Positions 25,486-34,258 of a stretch of DNA of 37,652 nt are shown one piece after another. Under the pieces are notes generated by a model. The model was not told the origin of the DNA. It did not search any database and saw nothing but the letters and a program-made list of their open reading frames with translations. The position numbers were made by a program, and so were the translations under genes. This stretch comes from a virus (lineage: Duplodnaviria > Caudoviricetes): IMG/VR virus record IMGVR_UViG_3300032250_000339, positions 1 to 37,652 of that record. The stretch is one strand, 5' to 3'. The stretch's first letter is position 1. Each line of letters opens with the position of its first letter.

Positions 25486-27441
25486 ATGCACACGCTCGCA
25501 ATTGATATCGAGACGTACAGCTCCGTCGACCTTACGACGTGCGGAGTTTACAAGTACGTCGCATCCCCCGACTTTGAAATCCTGATGATAGCCTACAAGC
25601 TCGACAACGAGCCGGTGCGAATTATGACCGACCTAAGCGAAAATAACCCCGAATTACAAAGATTTATCCGCTGGCTTCTTTTACCGGAATACAAAAAAAC
25701 AGCTTACAACGCAACCTTTGAGAGGCTATGTTTAAGCCGCGCCTACAGCGCAGGAACCGACGCAGCTCAATGGGAGTGCACCATGATAAAAGCCGCCGCC
25801 ATGGGGCTGCCAATGGGCCTAGGAGCCGTCGCAGACGCCCTCAACCTAAGGCAGAAAAAAGACCGCAACGGATCCGCGCTCATTCGACACTTCTCCCTAC
25901 CCTGCAAACCAACAAAAGCAAACGGCATGCGCAGCAGGAACCTGCCCCAGGACGATCCTCAAAAATGGGAGGCTTTCAAAGCATACTGCATGCAGGACGT
26001 CGAGGTCGAAAGCGCCATCAGAGACCAACTAGCCTGGTACACCCTGCCACAAAAAGAACAGCGCCTATACATCCTAGACCAACAGATAAACGACCGCGGC
26101 ATCATGCTGGACAAACCCTTCGTACAGGCAGCCATAGCCATCAACGACGAATACACCGCGAGGCTAACCGGTGAGGCCATAAAGCTGACCAACCTAAACA
26201 ACCCAAACAGCGGAGCGCAATTAAAAAAATGGCTATCCGACGAAATGGACACGGAGGTGAAAACGCTAACGAAAGCCAGCATCCCGGGGCTTAAAGGGGC
26301 AACCAGCAACAAAACAATAACCCGTGTCCTTGAGATAAGGCAGGAGCTCGGCAAAAGCAGCGTGAGCAAATACGAAGCCATGCTGGCGACGGTAAGCGAC
26401 TACGACAGCCGCATACGAGGCCTGCTGCAATTCTACGGAGCCACGCGCACCGGGAGGTGGGCAGGAAGGCTCGTGCAAGTACAGAACCTACCACAGAACC
26501 ACATAAAGGACCTTGAAGAGATACGCAGCTACGTGGCCAGCGGATCCTTGGATTTGCTCGAGCTGATAACAGGCAATATCAGCAGCACGCTATCGCAGCT
26601 CATCCGAACAGCCTTTATAGCTAAACCGCGGCACCGCTTCCTCGTTTCGGATTTCAGCGCCATCGAGGCCCGCGTTATTGCATGGCTTGCAGGCGAAGCC
26701 TGGCGCATGAAAGTCTTTGAGGGCGACGGTAAAATATACGAAGCCTCAGCAGCGCAAATGTTCCGCATCCCCGTCGACCAGGTGACAAAAGAGCAAAGGC
26801 AGAAAGGGAAGGTCGCAGAGCTTGCGCTCGGGTACCAGGGCGGAGCCAACGCCCTCGTTAAAATGGGCGCCCTCGAGAAAGGGCTAACGGAAGCAGAGCT
26901 GCCGGCGATCGTTGCGCTTTGGCGCAAAAGCAGCCCTAAGATTGTGCGCCTTTGGAACGACGTGCAGGAATGCGCCATGAACGCCATCGACGAACCGAAC
27001 ATCGACATGCGCCTGCGAAATTTATCCTTCGTTTACAAGCACGACCGCCTAATTATAACGCTGCCATCCGGGAGGCACCTCATGTACTACAAGCCCGTTA
27101 TCCAGGGCGACCGCAAATGGGGCAAACCACAAATATCCTACATGGGCCTATCAGGCGAACGCAAGCTATGGGAACGACAAGATACCTACGGCGGCAAGCT
27201 GGTAGAAAATATCGTGCAGGCCATAGCGCGAGACTGCCTCGCAGAGGCCATGCTGCGCCTGCAGGAGCACAACTACAACACCGTCATGCACGTACACGAC
27301 GAAGTAATATGCGAGCTGCACGAAGGCGATACGGGAACGATTGCAGACATGAACGCCATCATGAGCCAAAACATACCCTGGGCACCAACGCTGCGACTTA
27401 CAGCCGCAGGATTTGAAACTAAGATTTATAAAAAAGACTAA
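25486..27441 (+). CDS. polA: DNA polymerase family A (APSE-like) with 3'-5' exonuclease
   Basis: IDIETYS exo I; TGRWAG; motif A DFSAIEARV; motif B RQKGKVAELALGY; motif C HVHDE. Confidence 0.93.
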   Translation: MHTLAIDIETYSSVDLTTCGVYKYVASPDFEILMIAYKLDNEPVRIMTDLSENNPELQRFIRWLLLPEYKKTAYNATFERLCLSRAYSAGTDAAQWECTMIKAAAMGLPMGLGAVADALNLRQKKDRNGSALIRHFSLPCKPTKANGMRSRNLPQDDPQKWEAFKAYCMQDVEVESAIRDQLAWYTLPQKEQRLYILDQQINDRGIMLDKPFVQAAIAINDEYTARLTGEAIKLTNLNNPNSGAQLKKWLSDEMDTEVKTLTKASIPGLKGATSNKTITRVLEIRQELGKSSVSKYEAMLATVSDYDSRIRGLLQFYGATRTGRWAGRLVQVQNLPQNHIKDLEEIRSYVASGSLDLLELITGNISSTLSQLIRTAFIAKPRHRFLVSDFSAIEARVIAWLAGEAWRMKVFEGDGKIYEASAAQMFRIPVDQVTKEQRQKGKVAELALGYQGGANALVKMGALEKGLTEAELPAIVALWRKSSPKIVRLWNDVQECAMNAIDEPNIDMRLRNLSFVYKHDRLIITLPSGRHLMYYKPVIQGDRKWGKPQISYMGLSGERKLWERQDTYGGKLVENIVQAIARDCLAEAMLRLQEHNYNTVMHVHDEVICELHEGDTGTIADMNAIMSQNIPWAPTLRLTAAGFETKIYKKD

Positions 27442-27453
27442 ACCCATAACAGC

Positions 27454-27708
27454 ATGCAGACACCAATCGAAGGCTTGATAAAAAAAATAGAAGCCCAAAT
27501 CCAGGAGGCAATAGAGGCGCAAAATTACATCGCCCAAACAGAATTAATAAAAACATGGGCCTGGGCAAAGGACACCCTAAAAAAAGAAAAAACCCACCTG
27601 ATAGACGCAAACCGCGACGGCGTACACATGGTGCTTTATAAGGACATGAGAACCGCCGATGAATGGTATTTCAAAAAATACAAAATGAATAAAATATCAA
27701 CATTGTAA
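27454..27708 (+). CDS. Hypothetical protein
   Basis: 84-aa ORF filling the gap between polymerase and primase genes. Confidence 0.65.
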   Translation: MQTPIEGLIKKIEAQIQEAIEAQNYIAQTELIKTWAWAKDTLKKEKTHLIDANRDGVHMVLYKDMRTADEWYFKKYKMNKISTL

Positions 27709-27758
27709 AAAACACCGCGCACATCCCTTAATTTTAGCACCCCAAAAACAAAAAACGC

Positions 27759-30227
27759 ATGAGCATAAAAAACGACGGTCAGCTTCACATCGCCATCGGC
27801 AAATCCCGCAAGGAAACAAGCTGGAAAAACAAAGAAATCCCGTGGTCAAAATTCGTCCAAAAGTGCGAGACCACCCACCGCACCGCGGAAACCTACACCG
27901 AATACACAACAGCAAAAAAACCCAGGCAGGATGAGATAAAAGACATCGGCGGCTTTGTTGGAGGCTACCTCAGCAGCGGACGCCGGAAGGCAACCGCCGT
28001 CCTTCACAGACAGCTGATCACGCTCGACCTCGACTTTGCGACCTTCGACTTTTGGTCCGATTTTACCCTGCAGTACGACTGCTCGGCTTTGCTTTACAGC
28101 ACACACAAACACTCAAAGGAAACCCCCAGGTACCGCCTGATTATACCGCTATCCCGGCAGGTATTCCCTGAAGAGTACCAGGCCATAGCCAGGCGGATTG
28201 CAGGCGTTCTGAACATTGAGCTGTTCGATCCGACCACCTTCCAACCCGAGCGCCTCATGTATTGGCCCAGCACCGCAAAGGACGGTGAATACGTATTCGA
28301 ACTGCAGGACGGGCCATGGCTCGACGCCGACGAGATCCTCGCCACATACCACGATTGGACTGACAGCAGCGAGTGGCCCATCAGCGAAAAAATAGACAGG
28401 CTCGTAAAGCGGTCCATGGTCAAGCAAGGCGATCCGATAGAGAAACCAGGCATCGTCGGCGCCTTCTGCCGCACCTACGGAATCGCAGACGCCATCGACA
28501 AGTACCTAGCAGAAATCTACGAGCGCACACGCGAGAACAACCGCTTCTCCTACCTCAAAGGCAGCACCGCAGGAGGCCTCGTGGTTTACGATGATAAATT
28601 CGCATACAGCCACCACGGAAGCGATCCCACCGGCGGCAAACTTTGTAACGCCTTTGACCTGGTACGCGTGCACCTTTACGGCATCATGGACGAGGACCAA
28701 AGCCCCGACACACCGGTCCACCGGACGGCATCCTACGAGGCCATGCAGAACCTCGCCACAAAGGATCCTGAAGTACGCCGCCAACTAGGCGAAGAGCGCC
28801 TAAAAAACGCAGCCGCCGATTTCAGCTTTGTACCCGAGGACGACACCGAACAAAGCTCAGAGTGGATGGCGGAGCTCGACGTGGACCGCAAAGGAAAATA
28901 CTACAACACCATAGACAACATCGTCCTGATCCTAGAGAACGATCCCGCCTTCAGGAGGGCAATATACTACGACGAATTCGAGAACCGACCGGTGCTGAGA
29001 CGCAACCTCCCATGGCGCAAGATCAACCACAAAACACGATACCTGATAGACCGCGACGACGCCAACATAGAACACTACATCGAGAAAGTATACGGAATAG
29101 CCAGCGGCACCAAACTAGAGAAAGCCATGCAGGTTATATACGAACGCCACAAAGTACACCCGGTCCGCGAATACTTAGACAGCCAGCGCTGGGATGGAAC
29201 GCCGCGCCTCGACAACCTGCTCATCGAGTACATGGGTGCCCAGGACACAGACTACGTACGCGCCATAACACGCAAGGCGCTATGCGCAGCCGTTGCGCGG
29301 ATTTTTCAACCAGGCGTTAAATTTGACTACATGCTGACCTTCGTCGGCAAACAGGGCCTCGGCAAATCATCCCTGATAGGGAAGCTAGGCGGCGAATGGT
29401 TCTCCGACAGCTTCACCACAATACAGGGCAAAGAGGCCTACGAGCAGATACAAGGCGTATGGCTGATAGAGGTCGCAGAGCTTGCCGGGCTACGCAAAGC
29501 AGAGGCGGAGCACATAAAACACTACATAAGCAAACGCGAGGACCGATACCGCGTCGCATACGGAAGGCGGACCGAAAACTTCCCAAGGCAGTGCGTGTTC
29601 TTCGGGAGCACCAACAGAACCGACTTCTTGCGCGATCCGACCGGTAACCGCCGATTTTGGCCAGTGCAACTGAGCGAAAGCCGCAACCGCGACGTATTCA
29701 GCCTTACAGAGCAGGATATCAACCAAATATGGGCGGAAGCCGTGCATTATTACAAACAAGGCGAACCGCTATACCTGGACAAAGGAATGGAGGCCGAGGC
29801 GCAAAAAATACAGGAGATCCACAGCGAACTAGACGAGCGAGAAGGCCTTATACACCGATACCTCGACGTACCCGTGCCGCCCGATTGGGAATATATGGAC
29901 ACCTACAGCAGGCGATCCTTCCTGAACGGAGACGACGAGCTGACACGCAGAGACGGCATGTACATACGCAATCACATAAGCGCCGCCGAGATTTGGTGCG
30001 AGGCCCTAGGCGGGATGCAAAAAGAAATGACAAGCCAAAACACAAAGTACATACACGACGTCATGAGAAAGCACCCGGAATGGACCGAAATGGACACGAA
30101 AATGAGGTTTGAAAATTACGGCATTTTAAAGGGATACATACGCAAGGAAACAAAAAATTCTATGTTCCCGCATCAACGATACACCGTTGCCGCTGTTGCC
30201 GCAAGCGATAATATTATAAAAAATTAG
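27759..30227 (+). CDS. Primase-helicase (AEP-like N-terminus plus VirE/VapE P-loop ATPase)
   Basis: LITLDLD, STHKH, RYRLIIPL; Walker A GKQGLGKS; PRQCVFFGSTN...FLRDPTGNRRFWPV. Confidence 0.9.
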   Translation: MSIKNDGQLHIAIGKSRKETSWKNKEIPWSKFVQKCETTHRTAETYTEYTTAKKPRQDEIKDIGGFVGGYLSSGRRKATAVLHRQLITLDLDFATFDFWSDFTLQYDCSALLYSTHKHSKETPRYRLIIPLSRQVFPEEYQAIARRIAGVLNIELFDPTTFQPERLMYWPSTAKDGEYVFELQDGPWLDADEILATYHDWTDSSEWPISEKIDRLVKRSMVKQGDPIEKPGIVGAFCRTYGIADAIDKYLAEIYERTRENNRFSYLKGSTAGGLVVYDDKFAYSHHGSDPTGGKLCNAFDLVRVHLYGIMDEDQSPDTPVHRTASYEAMQNLATKDPEVRRQLGEERLKNAAADFSFVPEDDTEQSSEWMAELDVDRKGKYYNTIDNIVLILENDPAFRRAIYYDEFENRPVLRRNLPWRKINHKTRYLIDRDDANIEHYIEKVYGIASGTKLEKAMQVIYERHKVHPVREYLDSQRWDGTPRLDNLLIEYMGAQDTDYVRAITRKALCAAVARIFQPGVKFDYMLTFVGKQGLGKSSLIGKLGGEWFSDSFTTIQGKEAYEQIQGVWLIEVAELAGLRKAEAEHIKHYISKREDRYRVAYGRRTENFPRQCVFFGSTNRTDFLRDPTGNRRFWPVQLSESRNRDVFSLTEQDINQIWAEAVHYYKQGEPLYLDKGMEAEAQKIQEIHSELDEREGLIHRYLDVPVPPDWEYMDTYSRRSFLNGDDELTRRDGMYIRNHISAAEIWCEALGGMQKEMTSQNTKYIHDVMRKHPEWTEMDTKMRFENYGILKGYIRKETKNSMFPHQRYTVAAVAASDNIIKN

Positions 30228-30458
30228 ATTGCGTTTTGTAGCCGCTGTTGCCGCAATGTTGCCGCAAAAAACGGACTGCGGCAACAGCTCAAACGCAAAG
30301 CAGCAAAGGAATACAGCGAATTGTTGCCACTGTTGCCGCAATAATTTATAAAATAATAAAAAATAGGATTAAAGGGGACAACACGCCCACGAACCCGCAT
30401 AACGCGTATACGCGTAAGAAAGTGTTATTATTGCGGCAACAAGGGCAACAAGGGCAAC
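30186..30458. repeat. Iteron-like GTTGCCGC/GCGGCAAC cluster, candidate replication origin
   Basis: At least 11 direct or inverted copies, AT-rich spacers and a 14-bp palindrome at the primase 3' end. Confidence 0.75.
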
Positions 30459-30488
30459 AAAACAAAAACAACCAAAAAACCACACGAC

Positions 30489-30809
30489 ATGACAGAAAAA
30501 AAACTTGAACAGAAATTGACAAAAAATGTCAAATCAATCGGCGGGATCGCGCTGAAATTTTACAGCCAATACAACACCGGTTACCCGGACCGCATCGTCC
30601 TGCTGCCAGGAGGCGTCGTTTACTTTGTGGAGCTCAAAGCCCCAGGCAAAAAACCAACAGCAAAGCAACAGATGATACACGAACGCCTGCAGGAGCTAAA
30701 CCTGATCGTGAAAATAATAGACAGCGAAGAGAGCCTCGCAGAATTCATCGACACAGCAAAATTAGCATCCGACACATCGGCCTTACTTTTAAAGCATTTC
30801 AACCTATGA
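30489..30809 (+). CDS. VRR-NUC domain nuclease
   Basis: MTEKKLEQKL...GYPDRIVL...FVELKAPGKKPTAKQ. Confidence 0.9.
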   Translation: MTEKKLEQKLTKNVKSIGGIALKFYSQYNTGYPDRIVLLPGGVVYFVELKAPGKKPTAKQQMIHERLQELNLIVKIIDSEESLAEFIDTAKLASDTSALLLKHFNL

Positions 30810-32212
30810 ACTACAAACCACACCAATACCAGCAACACGCCACCGACCACATCATCAACAACCCCGCCGCCGGGCTTTTCTTAGAGATGGGCCTAGGCAA
30901 AACGGTAAGCACCCTAACAGCCATCGTGCAGCTTTTCGAGTATTGCGACATCAGCAAGGTCCTAGTGATAGCACCGAAAAAAGTCGCAGAAAACACCTGG
31001 AGCACCGAGATAGACAAATGGAACCACCTCAGCCACCTGCGCCTGAGCAAAGTACTAGGAACCGAAAAACAACGCAAGCAAGCCCTCCAGGCGAAGGCAG
31101 ATATCTACGTCACCAACCGCGAAAACGTGGTATGGCTGACAGCCTACTACGGCCTTGCCTTCCCATTTGACATGCTGATCATAGACGAGCTGTCGTCCTT
31201 CAAAGACGCCAAATCGCAGCGCTTCAAAGCCCTAAGGCAGATACGACCAAAAATAAGCAGAGTGGTAGGCCTTACCGGCACCCCGGCACCCAACAGCCTG
31301 CTGGAGCTTTGGCCGCAGCTATACCTCCTAGACCAGGGCCAGCGCCTAGGCAAAACGCTGACGGAATACCGCACAAAATACTTCAACAAACAGGATTATC
31401 TGCCCTACGACGCATGGAAGCTAAAAGAGGAAACCGATCCGTTGGTCGGCCAGGGCTACTACGAGCGCAAAATATACGGCCTGATAGCCGACATTTGCAT
31501 CAGCATGAAAGCCGAGGACTACCTCCAAATGCCATCGCTGACTTACAACGTAATCAAGATACCGCTACCGCCAAAAACACAGGAGCAATACGACGCCTTC
31601 GAACGAACGGAGGTCCTGAAATTAATACAGGCAGCAGAGCAGGACGACGAGAAAAAAATATCAGCAGTTAACGCAGCAGCGCTGACAACCAAACTGCTGC
31701 AATTCGCAAACGGAGCGGTCTACGACGAGCAGCGCATACCACACGAAATACACAACGAGAAACTAGAAGCCCTAGAAGAAATTATCGACACCGCCAACAG
31801 AAAGCCGGTGCTTGTTTTCTACAGCTACAAGCACGACCTCGAGCGCATGCACAAACACCTCAAAGCATACAAACCCAGGGAGCTAAAAACAGAGCAGGAC
31901 ATACACGATTGGAACGCGGGGCGGATCCGCGTACTTTTTGCACACCCCGCCTCCGCAGGACACGGACTCAACCTCCAGGCAGGAGGCAACATAATCGTGT
32001 GGTTTGGGCTTACCTGGTCCTTGGAGCTTTACCAACAAGCGAATGCCAGGCTATACCGACAAGGGCAGCAGAACGGCGTAATTATTCACCTTTTGACAGC
32101 AACCGAAACCATGGACACCGACGTAATGACCGCCCTAGCCGGGAAGGCAAAAACGCAGGATGCGCTGATGAACGCGGTAAAAGCCAAAATAAAAAAATAT
32201 TTATCTTTATGA
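30806..32212 (+). CDS. SNF2-family helicase
   Basis: EMGLGKT, IIDELS, GLTGTP, SAGHGLNLQ, QANARLYRQGQ. Confidence 0.93.
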   Translation: MNYKPHQYQQHATDHIINNPAAGLFLEMGLGKTVSTLTAIVQLFEYCDISKVLVIAPKKVAENTWSTEIDKWNHLSHLRLSKVLGTEKQRKQALQAKADIYVTNRENVVWLTAYYGLAFPFDMLIIDELSSFKDAKSQRFKALRQIRPKISRVVGLTGTPAPNSLLELWPQLYLLDQGQRLGKTLTEYRTKYFNKQDYLPYDAWKLKEETDPLVGQGYYERKIYGLIADICISMKAEDYLQMPSLTYNVIKIPLPPKTQEQYDAFERTEVLKLIQAAEQDDEKKISAVNAAALTTKLLQFANGAVYDEQRIPHEIHNEKLEALEEIIDTANRKPVLVFYSYKHDLERMHKHLKAYKPRELKTEQDIHDWNAGRIRVLFAHPASAGHGLNLQAGGNIIVWFGLTWSLELYQQANARLYRQGQQNGVIIHLLTATETMDTDVMTALAGKAKTQDALMNAVKAKIKKYLSL

Positions 32213-32454
32213 GAATCGAGCTACACATTGAAGGTTACCTAGCCGACGAGGCTGAAACCACAACAGACAAACAGCAATGGCAAATAAGGGAAATGAAAAA
32301 TAAATGGGCGCCATCGCTGAACAAACAAACCGACTGGCAAATTTATATTATTCACACATCAACCCTAAAGCATGATAAAACTGATATGGCTCCTATCAAC
32401 CGTCACCGCTACAATTCTATGGCTAAAAATAAGAGGGGCACCGGACGAGCCTGA
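32209..32454 (+). CDS. Hypothetical protein (81 aa, MRIELHIEG...)
   Basis: ATGA coupling to the helicase stop; the 31909 start in the ORF track lies inside the helicase. Confidence 0.5.
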   Translation: MRIELHIEGYLADEAETTTDKQQWQIREMKNKWAPSLNKQTDWQIYIIHTSTLKHDKTDMAPINRHRYNSMAKNKRGTGRA

Positions 32455-32485
32455 CGAGGATGATAATGAAAACCCCTACCTTTGA
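32372..32485 (+). CDS. 37-aa membrane peptide (MIKLIWLLSTVTATILWLKIRGAPDEPDEDDNENPYL)
   Basis: TM segment plus acidic tail; stop 3 nt before the methyltransferase ATG. Confidence 0.45.
   Translation: MIKLIWLLSTVTATILWLKIRGAPDEPDEDDNENPYL
32477..32484 (+). promoter_or_regulatory. Bacteroidota-type -7 element before the methyltransferase/terminase operon
   Basis: TACCTTTG, a perfect TAnnTTTG, 4 nt before ATG 32489. Confidence 0.4.
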
Positions 32486-32488
32486 AAA

Positions 32489-33781
32489 ATGGAATACAGA
32501 CAACTAGCAGACATAAAACCCAACCCCAGGAACCCACGCACCATAAAGGACGAGAAATTCGTTAAATTGGTGCAGAGCCTGCGCGAATTTCCCGACATGC
32601 TAGAGAAGCGCCCCCTGATTTGCTACACCGACACGGACGGCAAAGCGGTGGTTTTAGGCGGCAACATGCGCCTCAAAGCAGCGAAGGAACTGAAGCTAAA
32701 GCAGCTACCCATTATCCTCGCGGACGATTGGACGGAAGAGCAAAAAGCCGAATTCTTGATAAAGGACAACGTGAGCTTCGGCGAATGGAACTACGACGAG
32801 CTACGCGACGAGTGGGATACGGACCAACTAGCGGCGTGGGGGCTCGATATGCCCGAGGAGTACGACGACGTTGTGCTGGAAGCCGAAGAGGACGAATACG
32901 ATATCCCCGACGAGATACACACCGACATCGTACCAGGCGACCTTTTCGAGATAGGGCCGCACCGCCTCCTTTGCGGATCCTCCACAGAGACCGACAACTG
33001 GGAGCGGGTGATGGCAGGCGAGCTAGCCGACATGGTGATGACGGATCCGCCATACAACGTAAACTACGAAGGCGGCACCGGGATGACGATCATGAACGAC
33101 AACATGGACGATGCCAACTTTTATCAGTTTTTATACGATTTCCACACGGCCCTCGGAGCTTACACCAAACCGGGGGGGGGGTGGTACGTTTGGCACGCAG
33201 ACAGCGAAGGATTGAACTTCAGGCGCGCCTTCATCGAGAGCGGGCTGCTTTTAAAGCAGTGCCTCATTTGGGTAAAAAACGCGCTGGTCATGGGCCGCCA
33301 GGATTACCAATGGAAGCATGAGCCCTGCCTTTACGGATGGATGCCAGGCGCCGCGCATTATTTCACACCGGAACGCCACCATACAACCGTAATCGAGGAC
33401 AAAATAGACATCAAAAAGCTGAAAAAAGAGCAGCTTGTTAAAATGCTTGAGGACATGACCAGGGAGACGGTACGAACCACGATCATACACTGCGACAAGC
33501 CCACAAAGAACGACCTGCACCCCACAATGAAGCCGATTAAATTATTGGCGCCTTTGATAGAGAACAGCAGCAGGATGGGCGAGATTGTCGCGGACGGCTT
33601 CCTTAAATCAGGCAGCACGATGGTGGCGGCGCACCAAATGAAGCGATCCTGCTACGGCATCGAGCTGGATCCGAAATACTGCCAGGTGATCGTGGACCGC
33701 ATGATAGCCCTGGAACCAACACTAACCATAAAACGAAACGGAAAAAAATGGAAGGCCAAACAAAAAAGCACAGCGCTCTAG
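32489..33781 (+). CDS. ParB-like N-terminal domain fused to N6A/N4C DNA methyltransferase (beta order)
   Basis: PNPRNPR...GGNMRLKA ParB-like domain; HRLLCG; TDPPYNV motif IV; HPTMKP; motif I reads FLKSG. Confidence 0.88.
   Translation: MEYRQLADIKPNPRNPRTIKDEKFVKLVQSLREFPDMLEKRPLICYTDTDGKAVVLGGNMRLKAAKELKLKQLPIILADDWTEEQKAEFLIKDNVSFGEWNYDELRDEWDTDQLAAWGLDMPEEYDDVVLEAEEDEYDIPDEIHTDIVPGDLFEIGPHRLLCGSSTETDNWERVMAGELADMVMTDPPYNVNYEGGTGMTIMNDNMDDANFYQFLYDFHTALGAYTKPGGGWYVWHADSEGLNFRRAFIESGLLLKQCLIWVKNALVMGRQDYQWKHEPCLYGWMPGAAHYFTPERHHTTVIEDKIDIKKLKKEQLVKMLEDMTRETVRTTIIHCDKPTKNDLHPTMKPIKLLAPLIENSSRMGEIVADGFLKSGSTMVAAHQMKRSCYGIELDPKYCQVIVDRMIALEPTLTIKRNGKKWKAKQKSTAL
33172..33181 (+). repeat. G10 homopolymer inside the methyltransferase (currently in frame)
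   Basis: ccGGGGGGGGGGtgg encoding PGGGW. Confidence 0.9.
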
Positions 33782-33981
33782 AAAGCGCAACCAACGTCGT
33801 GATAGGGCTAATTATTAGCTTTTTAATACAGCTATGGATTTACCCGTTTCTGCACATACCCGTAACTTTAGGACAAAACATTTTCATAACCGTGATATTT
33901 TTTGTAGCCTCGTTCATACGCGGCTACGTAATAAGGAGATTTTACAATGCCATTCAAAAAAGGAAACAAGCTAGCGCCTAA
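33748..33981 (+). CDS. Small two-TM membrane protein of the type often found next to phage methyltransferases
   Basis: QTKKHSALESATNVVIG...SFIRGYVIRRFYN pattern. Confidence 0.7.
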   Translation: MEGQTKKHSALESATNVVIGLIISFLIQLWIYPFLHIPVTLGQNIFITVIFFVASFIRGYVIRRFYNAIQKRKQASA

Positions 33982-34258
33982 ACCCTTTGTAAAGGGCAAA
34001 TCAGGCAACCCCAACGGCAAGCCAAAAAAGCTGCCACACCTAGACAAGCTCCTCGCAGAGGTACTTGGCGAGGAGAAAGACGGCATGACCGCAGCGGAGG
34101 CGATCCTGAAAGCGCTGCGAGTGAAGGCGACCAAAGGCGACATACGCGCAGCAGAGGTGCTGCTGGACCGCGGATACGGCAAGGTTAAAGAGACCATAAA
34201 CCTAACCAGCAAAGTGATTACAGTCAGAGTGCCCGGCGAAGAGGGGGCCGAATCATGA
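33947..34258 (+). CDS. terS: Terminase small subunit
   Basis: PFVKGKSGNPNGKPK motif; ATKGDIRAAEVLLDRGYGK; directly upstream of TerL. Confidence 0.75.
   Translation: MPFKKGNKLAPKPFVKGKSGNPNGKPKKLPHLDKLLAEVLGEEKDGMTAAEAILKALRVKATKGDIRAAEVLLDRGYGKVKETINLTSKVITVRVPGEEGAES

Noticed and set aside
27702-27740. Promoter upstream of the primase
   Set aside because: TAATTTTAG only loosely fits the -7 consensus and the spacing to a -33 box is off
30248-30508. 86-aa ORF between primase and VRR-NUC
   Set aside because: Non-ATG start and low-complexity translation of the iteron array; better explained as non-coding origin DNA
32489-32860. ParB as evidence of a plasmid-prophage partition system
   Set aside because: It is the ParB-like N-terminal domain commonly fused to phage methyltransferases near terminase; no ParA or parS array seen
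32620-33321. 233-aa alternative-frame ORF inside the methyltransferase
   Set aside because: Arg-rich off-frame shadow with no motif; relevant only as the frame entered if the G10 tract slips
33600-34210. Local G-to-A hypermutation (FLKSG, NGKPKK)
   Set aside because: Only two or three suggestive codons and no reference sequence for comparison; cannot be supported
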